The notes beneath the pieces are model-generated. The model did no database searches, was not told the origin of the DNA, and saw nothing but the letters and a program-made list of their open reading frames with translations. DNA of 63,014 bases, counting the filler, from Octopus bimaculoides (Eukaryota), in the NCBI RefSeq assembly GCF_001194135.2. It is 7 parts of 6 records of this genome, joined end to end, with 100 filler letters (N's around TTAATTAATTAA, not from the genome) between each part and the next. Parts side by side here need not be neighbours in the genome. Positions count along the whole stretch, not along the records: positions 22,366 to 32,809 come from NC_068988.1; positions 32,910 to 51,284 come from NC_068982.1; 5 more parts are not named here. One strand, given 5' to 3'. The first letter of the stretch is position 1, and each line of letters starts with the position of its first letter. A program made the translations under genes and the position numbers. Below are positions 26,020 through 37,229 of this stretch, one piece after another.

Positions 26020-26745
26020 TATTTCCTACTCTCGAACAGTGGTACTTTGAGAAAAACACCTTTTGTGGCTGGCTGTTGTTGTTACTGTCGCTGCTGTTGT
26101 TGTAACTCACTTTCAGTGTTGTTGTCGCTCACTTTCACTGTTGTTGTTGATGATGTTTCTTTTACCCTCTTCTTTTCTGGGCAGAAAGCCCTCATGGGGT
26201 CCTTGCACCTACACTTTCAGCACTGCATCTCCAGTCTAATTGGTTTCTTCTTGGAATGTGATGAGGACTTGAACATACATACAGACTCCTGCCAACAACA
26301 TGTCCCTTTGATCCTCGTCGCTTCCCTATTATCTTTCACAAATGTAAGTATGAACCGAGACTCAGCACATTTCCAATGTCATTTGACTGTAAACTTCGAG
26401 TTAAGTCGTCCAATGTAATACAGCACAAACTTATGGCATTTTCGCCTACATTTTCTCTCTGTCCTTAGTTGTAAAAACCAGACATACCGTCCCATAAAGC
26501 TTATCACGACTTTAAAGATAACAAGTGGATATCGCTCTCCGCATTGTTCAGGGCTACGTCCAGTTGCTGCTCTGAGAGTGTAAGGAAAACCCGTTTATTT
26601 TGATGCATGCAAGGAAATACCACTCCTACGTTTTGCTTGCTCATAGATATCGATCTCAGGCAAGGTGGTGGTTTCTTTGATCATATATCTATCATCACCA
26701 AATAGAAATTTTCTTCTGCAAGATCTACATGTTTGTTCTTCATGT
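26020..26745 (-). pseudogene. Probable decayed retroelement ORF1/Gag-like protein with a CCHC zinc-knuckle remnant
   Basis: One minus-strand frame runs about 240 codons with only 4 internal stops by my reading. It contains C*KCRCKDPMRAFCP (26178-26222), which has CX2CX4[H]X4C spacing; GAC CCC is two substitutions from GGC CAC (GH). Confidence 0.45.
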
Positions 26746-27368
26746 CGTTATTTTCATGTTCACAGGGAAGCCATCTTGAGTTAGATGTAAGCAAACATAT
26801 TAAAATGAAACGTGTGTCCAAATTTGACAGACCTAATGCATTCTGGGAGGATACTTGCTGAAAATTATCTAAAAACAAATATTTTTCATTAATTGTTCTT
26901 CGTTAAGATCCAAAATCAACAATTCTACTTAATAAATGTTGCTTACCTTCTGCATTTGATAAAATTGTACGTCAACTTATTTGTGCGTGCGTGTGTGCTT
27001 GTTTGTGTGTGTGCGTGTGTATGTTTGTGTGTGCGTGTGCGCTGGTGAGTTTGTGTGTGGATTGCTACTTTTAACAGTGGTGATTACACTGTTCAATTTA
27101 GCGTTTTTTAAAGTTAAAATGTTTTTCCATGTGCTATGCTTGGGTCTTGATAGGAAATTAAAATTGTTTCCTTTTTCTTTCATGTTTGTTCTTCATGTTA
27201 TTTTCATGTTCACAGGAAAGCCATCTTGAGTTAGATGTAAGCAAACATAATAAAATGAAACGTGTGTCCAAATTTAACAGACCTAATGCATTCCGGGAGG
27301 ACACTTGCTGAAAATTATCCAAAAGCAAATATTTTTTCATTAATTGCTCTTCGTAAAGATCCAAAATC
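26728..27368 (+). repeat. Local direct duplication, about 190 bp (26728-26917 and 27181-27368)
   Basis: The two segments align end to end with scattered substitutions and small indels. Confidence 0.9.
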
Positions 27369-28487
27369 TTTGGAGAACCTCATAATATGTCTATACGTGA
27401 TAAATACTACCAGCACCACGAAGATCACCACCAATACCACCGCTACAACAGCAATCATTGTTATACTGTTAATCATCCCACTCATTTTAATGATCGTCTT
27501 CACCCTTCATATTCACAAACCAGATTTCTATCTATACAATCCCTGTTGCCATTGCTCTTCCATTATCAAAACTGCGTTTCTCGATATTTCTTCGCATTTC
27601 TTTGTTTCTTTACAATAAGTTTACACAGGTTAATTACATTTATAATATAAATTTTTAAATTATGCTTTTATTAGATTTACATTAGAAAACTATTACTTCA
27701 TTAACAACTAACTTATAGTAAGGCTATGAAGAAACCTCTGTATCAAGTCGGCCAACCAATAATAGCAGCCAAATTCCGTCACTGGCTGATGATGGTTCAT
27801 ACGACTTATCTATAAATAAGTACAATGGATAGGCAAATTTCACAACAGTAATTTGTGTTTGCATAGAATAAATGGAAAGGCCTTACATCAAAGAGCTAAA
27901 CTGAAAGCATTTGGTTTATCTATCATATTTAACACAATTACATATCGGAAAGCAATTTAATTGTGGTATTCGTCTGAAGATAATATTTCGTATGGATTTA
28001 CTGTGTTTAAAAATACAAAATAATCAGAATCAGACGAAAATTTGATATAGGAAAACAGTAATCCAAAACTCACTTGCATTGCAATCAGCCGCCCGCCTAT
28101 TTTATACTACTTCTGTTACTTATAGCGGATTTCTATTCATCTGGTCGGTCAATTGTAACACCAGTGATTTTTCAGTCACTGTAATGATCGATTTTGACCT
28201 AGCCTGCGAATGCCAGTGAGTTCAAGCTACTGTCAAGTTCGAAAGAGGCAGAAATGCGCGTCTAGCACTCTCTTCACCACTGTTGGACGATTTTCATCAG
28301 CTACTGATAGGATATTAACAAGCAGGGGTATAATTATGAAACGAAATTTACTGCAGCACAACTGGAAAATTTCCTTCAGCAGTGCCTAAAACATATAGTG
28401 ATTCCAACACGCAAGGCCGGATTACATACACATACAAACTTACACGCGATACACCCACAAACATTCAGCCATATCTACATGTAAGTA

Positions 28488-28525
<38 letters not shown>

Positions 28526-28664
28526 CATACATACATACATACATATCGTCTGTTGTTATTTTTTGTATATTCTCCCATATATATNNNNNNNNNNNNNNNN
28601 NNNNNNNNNNNNNNNNNNNNNNNNNNNNNNNNNNNNNNNNNNNNNNNNNNNNNNNNNNNNNNNN

Positions 28665-29410
28665 TAAAGAAAGAAAAAGATAAAGAGACCAATGGCAAAG
28701 TTAGAATTATATTTTATGTATAAATTCTTACAGCTGTTTCAGGGAAAATCCAATGTATCCCTTCATCGGAGACGGTAATAGTAGAAGAATGGATTATTAC
28801 ATCTATAAGAGGAGATTTGTAGTAAGAAGTGAGGGCGATGCGTAGAATAAAGAACAAAGAAGAAAAAGTACTTGGAGTATAGTTCCATTCCAACAGTAAA
28901 CATCCATATAAAGAATCCTTGTTGGCATTTTCCGGAGATAATTGTAGTTGCAAAGGTGGATATATATCATATCGTATCCAGTGTACTCTGTGCATTGTTT
29001 ACTCAAAGGATAGTCCGAATCGAGTGAGAGATGTGTGTAGGATTAAGAGGTTAAGCCTTAAGACAGGAAGGAAGTGGGGAAGAAGTAATTCAAGTGAGAA
29101 ATATGGTAGGTAGTAGTAAGCAGTCGTAAGGTCAGTTATACGTACAAGAAGGAAGGAAGAAGGAGAGGGAGCAAAAGGAAGAATGTGGGGGTGGAAATAT
29201 AAGTTTAGTAAAGAAACGTAGAGAGAAGGAATGGGGGGTGGGGGTAATGTGGAGAAGTAATTATAATTGTGTACAGTGTCAGGCTATGAAGGAACCTGTA
29301 AGTGGTGATGGTGTTGGTGGCTTTCGAAGAAAAGTATTAAAGGAAGGAAGCAAAGTTACCATCTTTAAAATAGGTTTAACTCTATTTTTAGAATATATCT
29401 CTACTAACTC
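28665..29410 (-). mobile_element. Solo PLE 3' UTR/pLTR fragment (same family as 9016-9950), no ORF
   Basis: 28665-29060 is collinear with 9016-9460; 29358-29410 is an inverted match to 9681-9735. Confidence 0.8.
28725..28773 (-). ncRNA. Minimal type-I hammerhead ribozyme motif (CCGAUGA core variant)
   Basis: Minus strand: GTCT-CCGATGA-AGGGATA-cattggat-TTTCCCT-GAAAC-AGCT-GTA-AGAA. Confidence 0.68.
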
Positions 29411-30596
29411 TGTCCTCTTATTTGGTTAAAATTTCTTACGGTTAAGCTGGTTCCCATGCATTTCCCTGAAGAGAAGATTACATTCTTACAAACATCACCT
29501 ATTCCTATGGAAGGTATAATTTGTAATCTTCGAAACATATGTTGGAAATAAAAGTATTCAGTTAACATATGCGTTTTACTCCATTTACTAAATTTATATA
29601 TACTCAAGTACTCAAAATAACAAGGAGTTTCTACCTCATAAACAGGAGTTACACCACAGTCATTTTGTGATCTTTGCTACCCGGTATCTATTAATTTATT
29701 TTGTCGGAGTTATTTATTAACTAAGAGAAAATAAATACATATAATAATAATAATAANNNNNNNNNNNNNNNNNNNNNNNNNNNNNNNNNNNNNNNNNNNN
29801 NNNNNNNNNNNNNNNNNNNNNNNNNNNNNNNNNNNNNNNNNNNNNNNNNNNNNNNNNNNNNNNNNNNNNNNNNNNNNNNNNNNNNNNNNNNNNNNNNNNN
29901 NNNNNNNNNNNNNNNNNNNNNNNNNNNNNNNNNNNNNNNNNNNNNNNNNNNNNNNNNNNNNNNNNNNNNNNNNNNNNNNNNNNNNNNNNNNNNNNNNNNN
30001 NNNNNNNNNNNNNNNNNNNNNNNNNNNNNNNNNNNNNNNNNNNNNNNNNNNNNNNNNNNNNNNNNNNNNNNNNNNNNNNNNNNNNNNNNNNNNNNNNNNN
30101 NNNNNNNNNNNNNNNNNNNNNNNNNNNNNNNNNNNNNNNNNNNNNNNNNNNNNNNNNNNNNNNNNNNNACACGTGTCCAAAGCGGAATAAAATTCAGCAT
30201 TGAATATATTCCGGATATATATTTGATTAATAAATTCAAAACAGGATAAAAATCTTTTACAAGAATTTTATCAGGAAGCGAGTGTGTAAAAAAATTCATA
30301 AGGGAAATTTCTATTCCCAAGAATATAATTATTCGTTTATTTTTATATAAGGGCATTACTACAGAATAATTCCACACACCAGACTTCCCAAATAAACACA
30401 TTTTAGTACCGAATTCGAGGAAAAGCAACTCTCAAAAAAAAAAACAACCTTTAAAAAAAAAAAAAACTCAACTACGTATCGACCGATTTCACGATTACCA
30501 GAATGAAATCTAGTTTTCGCTCGTCAGTATAGTAGGGTATAGATATATAAAGATACACAAAATCCTCACCTCACCAAAACAAACACCTTATGTATC

Positions 30597-30630
<34 letters not shown>

Positions 30631-31204
30631 TGGAAAATGTGTGATACCCTTGGTACAGTTAGGTATATTAACAAAAAGAAAAAGAATGACTTTACTGGTA
30701 GTTCTAATCAGCTTAGTTTATTATTTTTTTAATCCTTTGATAATATAAATTTTACGCTTTAGTTCGTAGATCTAGTAAGTTCTTTGCTAACTTGAGTGGA
30801 GAGATTTAAAAATAATCCTCGTTAACTTTTCTGGAGAACTTCCTCGCATTCGTTGTCAAAAGATCTGAGGATTTGAGGCTTTGTGATTCTATATATATGG
30901 GATTTGAGTATGTTTGAGGTGGGGTTGGGGTTTGTCAATCAGTGTGAGAGTGAAAGAGTGTTGATGAATAAGAGTTGAAAGAAAAAAGCAAGTGATCAAA
31001 ACAAGATACTTGATTGGGGGTATTAAAATAGTGTTTTGTGAAGCCAATTGAATAGTTGACCTTCGGTGAGAAATCTGATGGTCGAATGTTTTACCAAATT
31101 TTTTCTGTTAGTAATTTCCTATGTTTTAGGTGTGTGTCTGGGGTGGTGGTATTAATGAAGTGTAAGATACATGTCTTTTGATAAAATGTTTGTTGATAAA
31201 AATA

Positions 31205-31859
31205 AAACTACCATTTCTGGACATCCTTATCATTAAAGAAGTGCAAAATATCGAAACATCTATTTTACAAACCGATAGACACACAACAATACTTAAATTT
31301 CAGATCAACACACCCCTCACATACCAAAAGGAACATTCCCTTTAACACGGCAAGACACATCTGCACCGTAGTAACACGACCCACACTAAAGGAAAAAAGG
31401 ATTACATGAACTAAGATTACAGAACTAAAATGGTTACTTAAAAGACAAGAATATCCTATGAACCTTCCCAATACAGCCATCTCCAAGGCCCAGAACATTT
31501 CAGTGACAACACTGAGAAAAACAAACCAAAAAAAAAAAAAAATGAAAAGGATAAAACAGTCATCTCTTTTGTCGTCACTCACAACCCAAGGAACTTCAAC
31601 ATTGTGAAAGCCATCAAACAATATCCCCCGATTCTCCAGCAATCCCCCATAGTGAATACATTCATAAAAGACTCACAAATAAGCACCAAACTTAAAAGAA
31701 ACTACTCACCCAGGCGAAATTTTCATCTAACATCGAAACAATGCAAGTTTAAAATGCGTGGACGCTCGATGTGGTATCTGTGAATACATGGAAGAGGGTG
31801 GACAAATCTCCTTTAAAAACAATTAGATTTTCAAAGTCAATGCAAACAGGAATTGCGAA
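31205..31859 (+). pseudogene. PLE (Neptune-like) RT C-terminus and zinc-linker remnant
   Basis: KLPFLDILIIK..., frameshift to YKPIDTQQYLNFRSTHPSHTKRNIPFNTARHIC, then SFVVTHNP and KCVDARCGIC (CxxxRCxxC at 31755-31781). The remnant ends before the GIY-YIG domain. Confidence 0.85.
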
Positions 31860-32185
31860 AAGACACCACTAATACAAAGATAACGTGTATTTTATATGTA
31901 AACAAAATAAGAACCATTGCTTCAATTTACCCTTCCTAAGAAACTCATCCTTAGAACGAATATACCTACCTATCAACCACTGGACAAAATAACATGAATT
32001 TTGGAAGGCAACACTTGAAGTCTATGACTTATTTGTCTTTCCTATACCTAATCCATTTTACTAAATTTTACACTTCTCACACTCTAAGTCTTGCTCCTAT
32101 TCTTCTTATGCTCTCTTCAATAAGAAAAATATGCTGTACCTATTAGTAACTGACACTTGTATGTATCGGCTCTCCTAAACATTTA

Positions 32186-32311
32186 GACCCTCTGATGAAG
32201 CCTAGAGGTACACTCAGCATCCAAACTCTCTCTACTTATCCCTACAGAACACTAAAGAGATGGAGCTAGCATGGAGGATATCGTGGCCTCTTGGTAGAAA
32301 CGGCCATAAGG
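32186..32311 (+). ncRNA. Degenerate type-I hammerhead motif with a long stem II insertion
   Basis: CCCT-CTGATGA-AGCCTAGAGG-(about 78 nt)-CCTCTTGGTA-GAAAC-GGCC-ATA-AGG. The stem III loop is palindromic, but the triplet is AUA rather than GUA. Confidence 0.45.
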
Positions 32312-32669
32312 AACTGATCTTTTAATCTTTTACTCTTTTATGTATTACTAGTATATATTTGTGTAGCACACAAACTTTGCATGTGTATGTATTCTTATAA
32401 GACTCCCTTTTGTTTTGGAATAAATAGACATAATAGAATGTCTACCGGCTGATGTATGTCATTTTTGTATCTCCTCCATTTTCTTTTTGCTGTATAAACC
32501 ACTTTTAACCCATGCCCTTATATGACACTCAATTGCGAAATTGCCACGCAATAAACAGCACTTGGGTATTAATAATTGGGAACACTAGCAGCAGTATATT
32601 GAATATGTACTATCCCTTAGTTGGTTGGCTTCCAAACCTCTAACTCTCACAGAAAATATATATATATTA

Positions 32670-32790
32670 TTGAATCCTGATTTGTATTAAATCTCATTTT
32701 CATGCAACATCTTTTTTCTCCTCCATTTTCTATAATTGTGTATGGTATATTTATACCTATAACGATATTGTTCAACTAATATTCATATAT
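32670..32790 (+). repeat. Interspersed repeat shared with 52180-52290 (opposite strand), probable PLE extreme 3' end
   Basis: GAATCCTGATTTGTATTAAATCTC...CTATAATTGTGTATGGTATATTTATACCTATA aligns to the reverse complement of 52180-52290; both end at (TA)n. Confidence 0.65.
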
Positions 32791-32853
32791 ATATATATAT
32801 ATATATATANNNNNNNNNNNNNNNNNNNNNNNNNNNNNNNNNNNNNNNNNNNN

Positions 32854-32865
32854 TTAATTAATTAA
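32854..32865. other. Assembly gap linker TTAATTAATTAA
   Basis: 44 N on each side. Confidence 0.95.
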
Positions 32866-32939
32866 NNNNNNNNNNNNNNNNNNNNNNNNNNNNNNNNNNN
32901 NNNNNNNNNTGTGTGTGTGTGTATGTGTGTATGTATATA

Positions 32940-32980
<41 letters not shown>

Positions 32981-33043
32981 AATAAAATGAGACAACAGAA
33001 TCAAGGCAGTGTGAAATTTTCAGGACATTTATAAAGAGAAGTG

Positions 33044-33095
33044 TAGTCTTACAATTGTTTCAGAGATATAAAAGATATCCCATCATCAGAGACTA
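33044..33095 (-). ncRNA. Minimal type-I hammerhead ribozyme motif, canonical core
   Basis: Minus strand: TAGTCT-CTGATGA-TGGGATAT-ctttt-ATATCTCT-GAAAC-AATT-GTA-AGACTA. Stem I is a perfect 6 bp and stem II is 7 bp. Confidence 0.8.
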
Positions 33096-33281
33096 TATGT
33101 GAGAGTTAAATAGTAGGAAATAGTAGAGTTCAACATAAGAAGTTATTTGGGAAAGGGAGAGATTTAAGAAGTATACAAGGAAATATGAGAATAAAAAAAT
33201 ATACTTCTTATATCTCTCTCTTTCCAAAATAACTTCGTATATTGAACTTTATTATTTCTTTCTATTTAACTATCTCATATC

Positions 33282-33329
33282 GTCCCTGATGATGGGATAT
33301 CTTTTATATCCTCGAGACAGCTGTAAGAC
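33282..33329 (+). ncRNA. Minimal type-I hammerhead motif with GAAA>GAGA core change
   Basis: GTCC-CTGATGA-TGGGATAT-ctttt-ATATCCTC-GAGAC-AGCT-GTA-AGAC. Confidence 0.65.
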
Positions 33330-33549
33330 TACCTTTCTCATTATAAATGTCCTAGAAATTTCAGACTGCTTTGGCTCTGTTGTCACATTTTATTTAACAC
33401 ACACACATACACACACACACACACACCCACACACGACCCGCATTAGACTCCTCACTCATACTGTTATCGATCCGGGAGTCTAATTACGGTTCTTCCGTAA
33501 CACTTACATAACAACCTTTCCTGCCTTTTGGGCCTTCTAGATACCAAAA

Positions 33550-33598
<49 letters not shown>

Positions 33599-34141
33599 TA
33601 TATATATGGACACATATACATATATATGTATGTATACATATATATATGCATGTATGCATGTACGCATGTATATGTATGTATGTATATATATCTATATATA
33701 TTAGATACACACAGAGATAGATCCATCGATCGTTAGATAACTCGAATGAGTATTTGTGCGTGTATTTATACATGCATATATGCATATATGCTTGCATATA
33801 TATGTATGTGTACATATATATATACAGATATATATATACAGATATATATNNNNNNNNNNNNNNNNNNNNNNNNNNNNNNNNNNNNNNNNNNNNNNNNNNN
33901 NNNNNNNNNNNNNNNNNNNNNNNNNNNNNNNNNNNNNNNNNNNNNNNNNNNNNNNNNNNNNNNNNNNNNNNNNNNNNNNNNNNNNNNNNNNNNNNNNNNN
34001 NNNNNNNNNNNNNNNNNNNNNNNNNNNNNNNNNNNNNNNNNNNNNNNNNNNNNNNNNNNNNNNNNNNNNNNNNNNNNNNNNNNNNNNNNNNNNNNNNNNN
34101 NNNNNNNNNNNNNNNNNNNNNNNNNNNNNNNNNNNNNNNNN

Positions 34142-34194
<53 letters not shown>

Positions 34195-35862
34195 ATTATA
34201 TATGTACATATATACTAGCATATATATATGCAATTGTATATGCATATATACATGTATATACACACACATATATATGCAAATATATATGTATGCTTATGCA
34301 CAAATACTCATTCGAGTTATCTATCTATCTATCGATCGATGGATCTATCTCTGTGTGTATAAAATAAAAAAGAATGTATGTGTGTGTGTGTGTGAGCGCG
34401 CACGTGTTTGAATGAAATAATATTGCTATATATTTCATTTGAAGCACCCATTGGTGTCTCAAGACAACCGATGAAGACTCTAGATTGTGACTAGATAGAT
34501 AATTTGCTATTATTTCTACCTAGTTGAATGACCACATAGAGGCTTTTTCGTTAACTTTGATATGAAACTGAGTATAGCAATAACTTTCTAGTTGTTTCTT
34601 CCCAGTTGATTTCACAGAAGAATTTGAAAATTCAGCCCTACTGCTTAATGAAACATTTTATCTATTGTAGGGTAGTACTTCTCCCGAGAAATGAGAAAAA
34701 TGAGAAAGGAAGACGGAGAGGGAAAGATAAATTTATAGATAGATAGCTAGCTAGATAGATAGATAGATAGTAAGAGAGAGAGAGCGAGAGAGAGAGAGAG
34801 AGAGATAGAGAGAGAGAGAGGGAGAGAGGGAGAGAGAGAGAAAGAGAGAAATGTTCAGAAGATATATATATATATTGCTATATAGAGTTGGAAATTGGTG
34901 AGATGTTAAAAATAAACGTAGTATTTTTTTAATTTATGAAAATATTTTTAAGGAGTTATTCACTCTGGAATTTAGATTGCGAATATTTCTTCTCAGAAAA
35001 GGATATCAGAAAGACTAGGATTTTGTGGCGTTAAACTCTCAAGTAAAGAATATGAGAAAAAATTCTGAGTTCTGGTGCCCATTCTCGATATTTTGGTGCA
35101 GAATTAAGTGTCATAGCAACCATTCTTTGTTCGTTCCCTGTTTCTCAGAAATTAAAGATTGAAAATTCTTTCCTCAATAAGTCCAATTTATTTTTTCCGA
35201 AAAAGCTTTCTGCGCCCTGCAGCTATATTGAATATTTTTCCATTGTACATAACTATATGATGCGAATTAAAAAAATCTGTTTTGAAATTATACTTTTCTG
35301 TGTAATTTAGTGTTTAGTAAAATGATATAATATTGTTCTGAAAACCTTATATTCTATAAAATTGTTACGAATAATTGAAGTTTTCGAACTTTCGTACATA
35401 TCTTTATGTTTCCATTCAATCTATCTGTATTTAACCTTTATATGTCACACTGCATACGCCAGACAACTATAAAGTAGAACCTCAATTAGTTTTCAAAAAT
35501 GGCGAATAGAATTGTGAAAGAAAAAAATAAGTAGAAGGAAAATGGCTGTGAGGTATTGTCAGTGATAATTTTTATTATGATATTATTTTATTCCTCTTTG
35601 AAATGTAATTTCATTTCATTATCAAACTAAGTTTTGGTGAAATGAATTATTACTCAATTTATAAAGACTATTTGAGTAAATTTTTCTATTAGGACTTGTA
35701 GTGATTTTATGTTAATCTCAATAATGGAGTCATGTTTGAAAATTTGACCTTTAATATTGGCAATTCTTGTCTCCTATTAAAACTACCCATTTTTTCATAA
35801 GAAAAATATGTGCATCGGGTTTTCTCAACAAATTAGAAAAGAAAATAAGGAGAGCTAAATCA

Positions 35863-35898
<36 letters not shown>

Positions 35899-36908
35899 TN
35901 NNNNNNNNNGGTCCAGGTCATGAATTGGTCCAGGTCACCAACTAACAAGATATTTATATATGTTTCATGTTACAGTCATACATTGGGTACCATAGTCTAT
36001 TCGAGTAAAGAGTTATTGTTCGCAGATGTATAACCGGATATAGGCGGTTTTTCTGGAATTTGTTGGAAGTATTCATCCAGGAGTTACCAACATGAATAGC
36101 GTGATATATTTAACTTTCAACTCCTAGGAGTTGTAAAATTCTCTTCCGTAATCTATTAGGGAACTATATAATTGTTTCGAGACTAGCTATCACTTTTGAG
36201 TTTGTATCCCCATAGGCTAGCAAAATCTTATCTTGTGGAGTGCTTCAATAATGTGGACAACGTTGGATATTTTAATGATCTCGATTTTTCTCAGTACATT
36301 TTTATATTAAGCTATAAAATGACGAGATAATTTGAGTCAAAGAAAATCAACTATGATCTTAGTACTGAATAGGCGTCTAAAACCGAGTGCCATAGTTTAA
36401 CGTAACTGACGCTCACCGGAAGAAATGTACTTGTAATAGAGTCATTGATAGAAATACAACAATGATGAGTTAGATCTCTCCTTCAAAATAAGATAAATTA
36501 CGATGTCATGAAATAGCCATATCTCTCATAGTTATCATATCTATATTTATGAGAAAAGAGTTTGTAACTTTGAAATAGGGAAGTTATAACTTTAGCTATC
36601 AGCAATAAGGAACGTTACAAATTTTCTTTGCATGAGTAAATCACGAAGATAAATAATCGCCTTGACGTTGTAGTCCCATTAAATAACTTGGAAATCCCTT
36701 ACAGTGCTTGACTAAATACATTGCTGCAGGAACATTATTATAAAGTATTATAATTAGTGCTATATTGTATAAATATGTGGATACTGGAATTGTATGAAAC
36801 AGTTTCTAGGAATACAAAGAAACGCAGTGCAATTTGTTCTTTGATACATCACATAAGCATGCAAAATGTTTTATGTGAGAATGGTAGCGGGTATACTTAT
36901 ATGTAGAT

Positions 36909-36959
<51 letters not shown>

Positions 36960-37125
36960 CGAGTGTGTGTGTCAGTACGACGATAACGACACCTGTGCAT
37001 GCACCTACACACACATACGCACACACACACAAAGAAACGCATGATCGTGGGCTGAACCTCTGTATGATGGGACGAAAAATGTCATTTCACTACAATACCC
37101 CACCTATTACTACTACAAATACAAT

Positions 37126-37229
<104 letters not shown>

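Larger units (their letters stand above)
32978..33397. mobile_element. Fold-back element: two 198-bp inverted arms, 24-bp spacer, flanked by (TG)n and (CA)n
   Basis: 32978-33175 aligns end to end with the reverse complement of 33200-33397 (roughly 85% identity by eye). Confidence 0.9.

Noticed and set aside
30830-31200. Possible inverted PLE N-terminal coding region upstream of the 31205 remnant
   Set aside because: No motif could be matched with confidence.
36160-36225. Minus-strand GAAAC-AATT-ATA similar to the 33044 hammerhead
   Set aside because: The 5' core is not recognisable; too degenerate to call.
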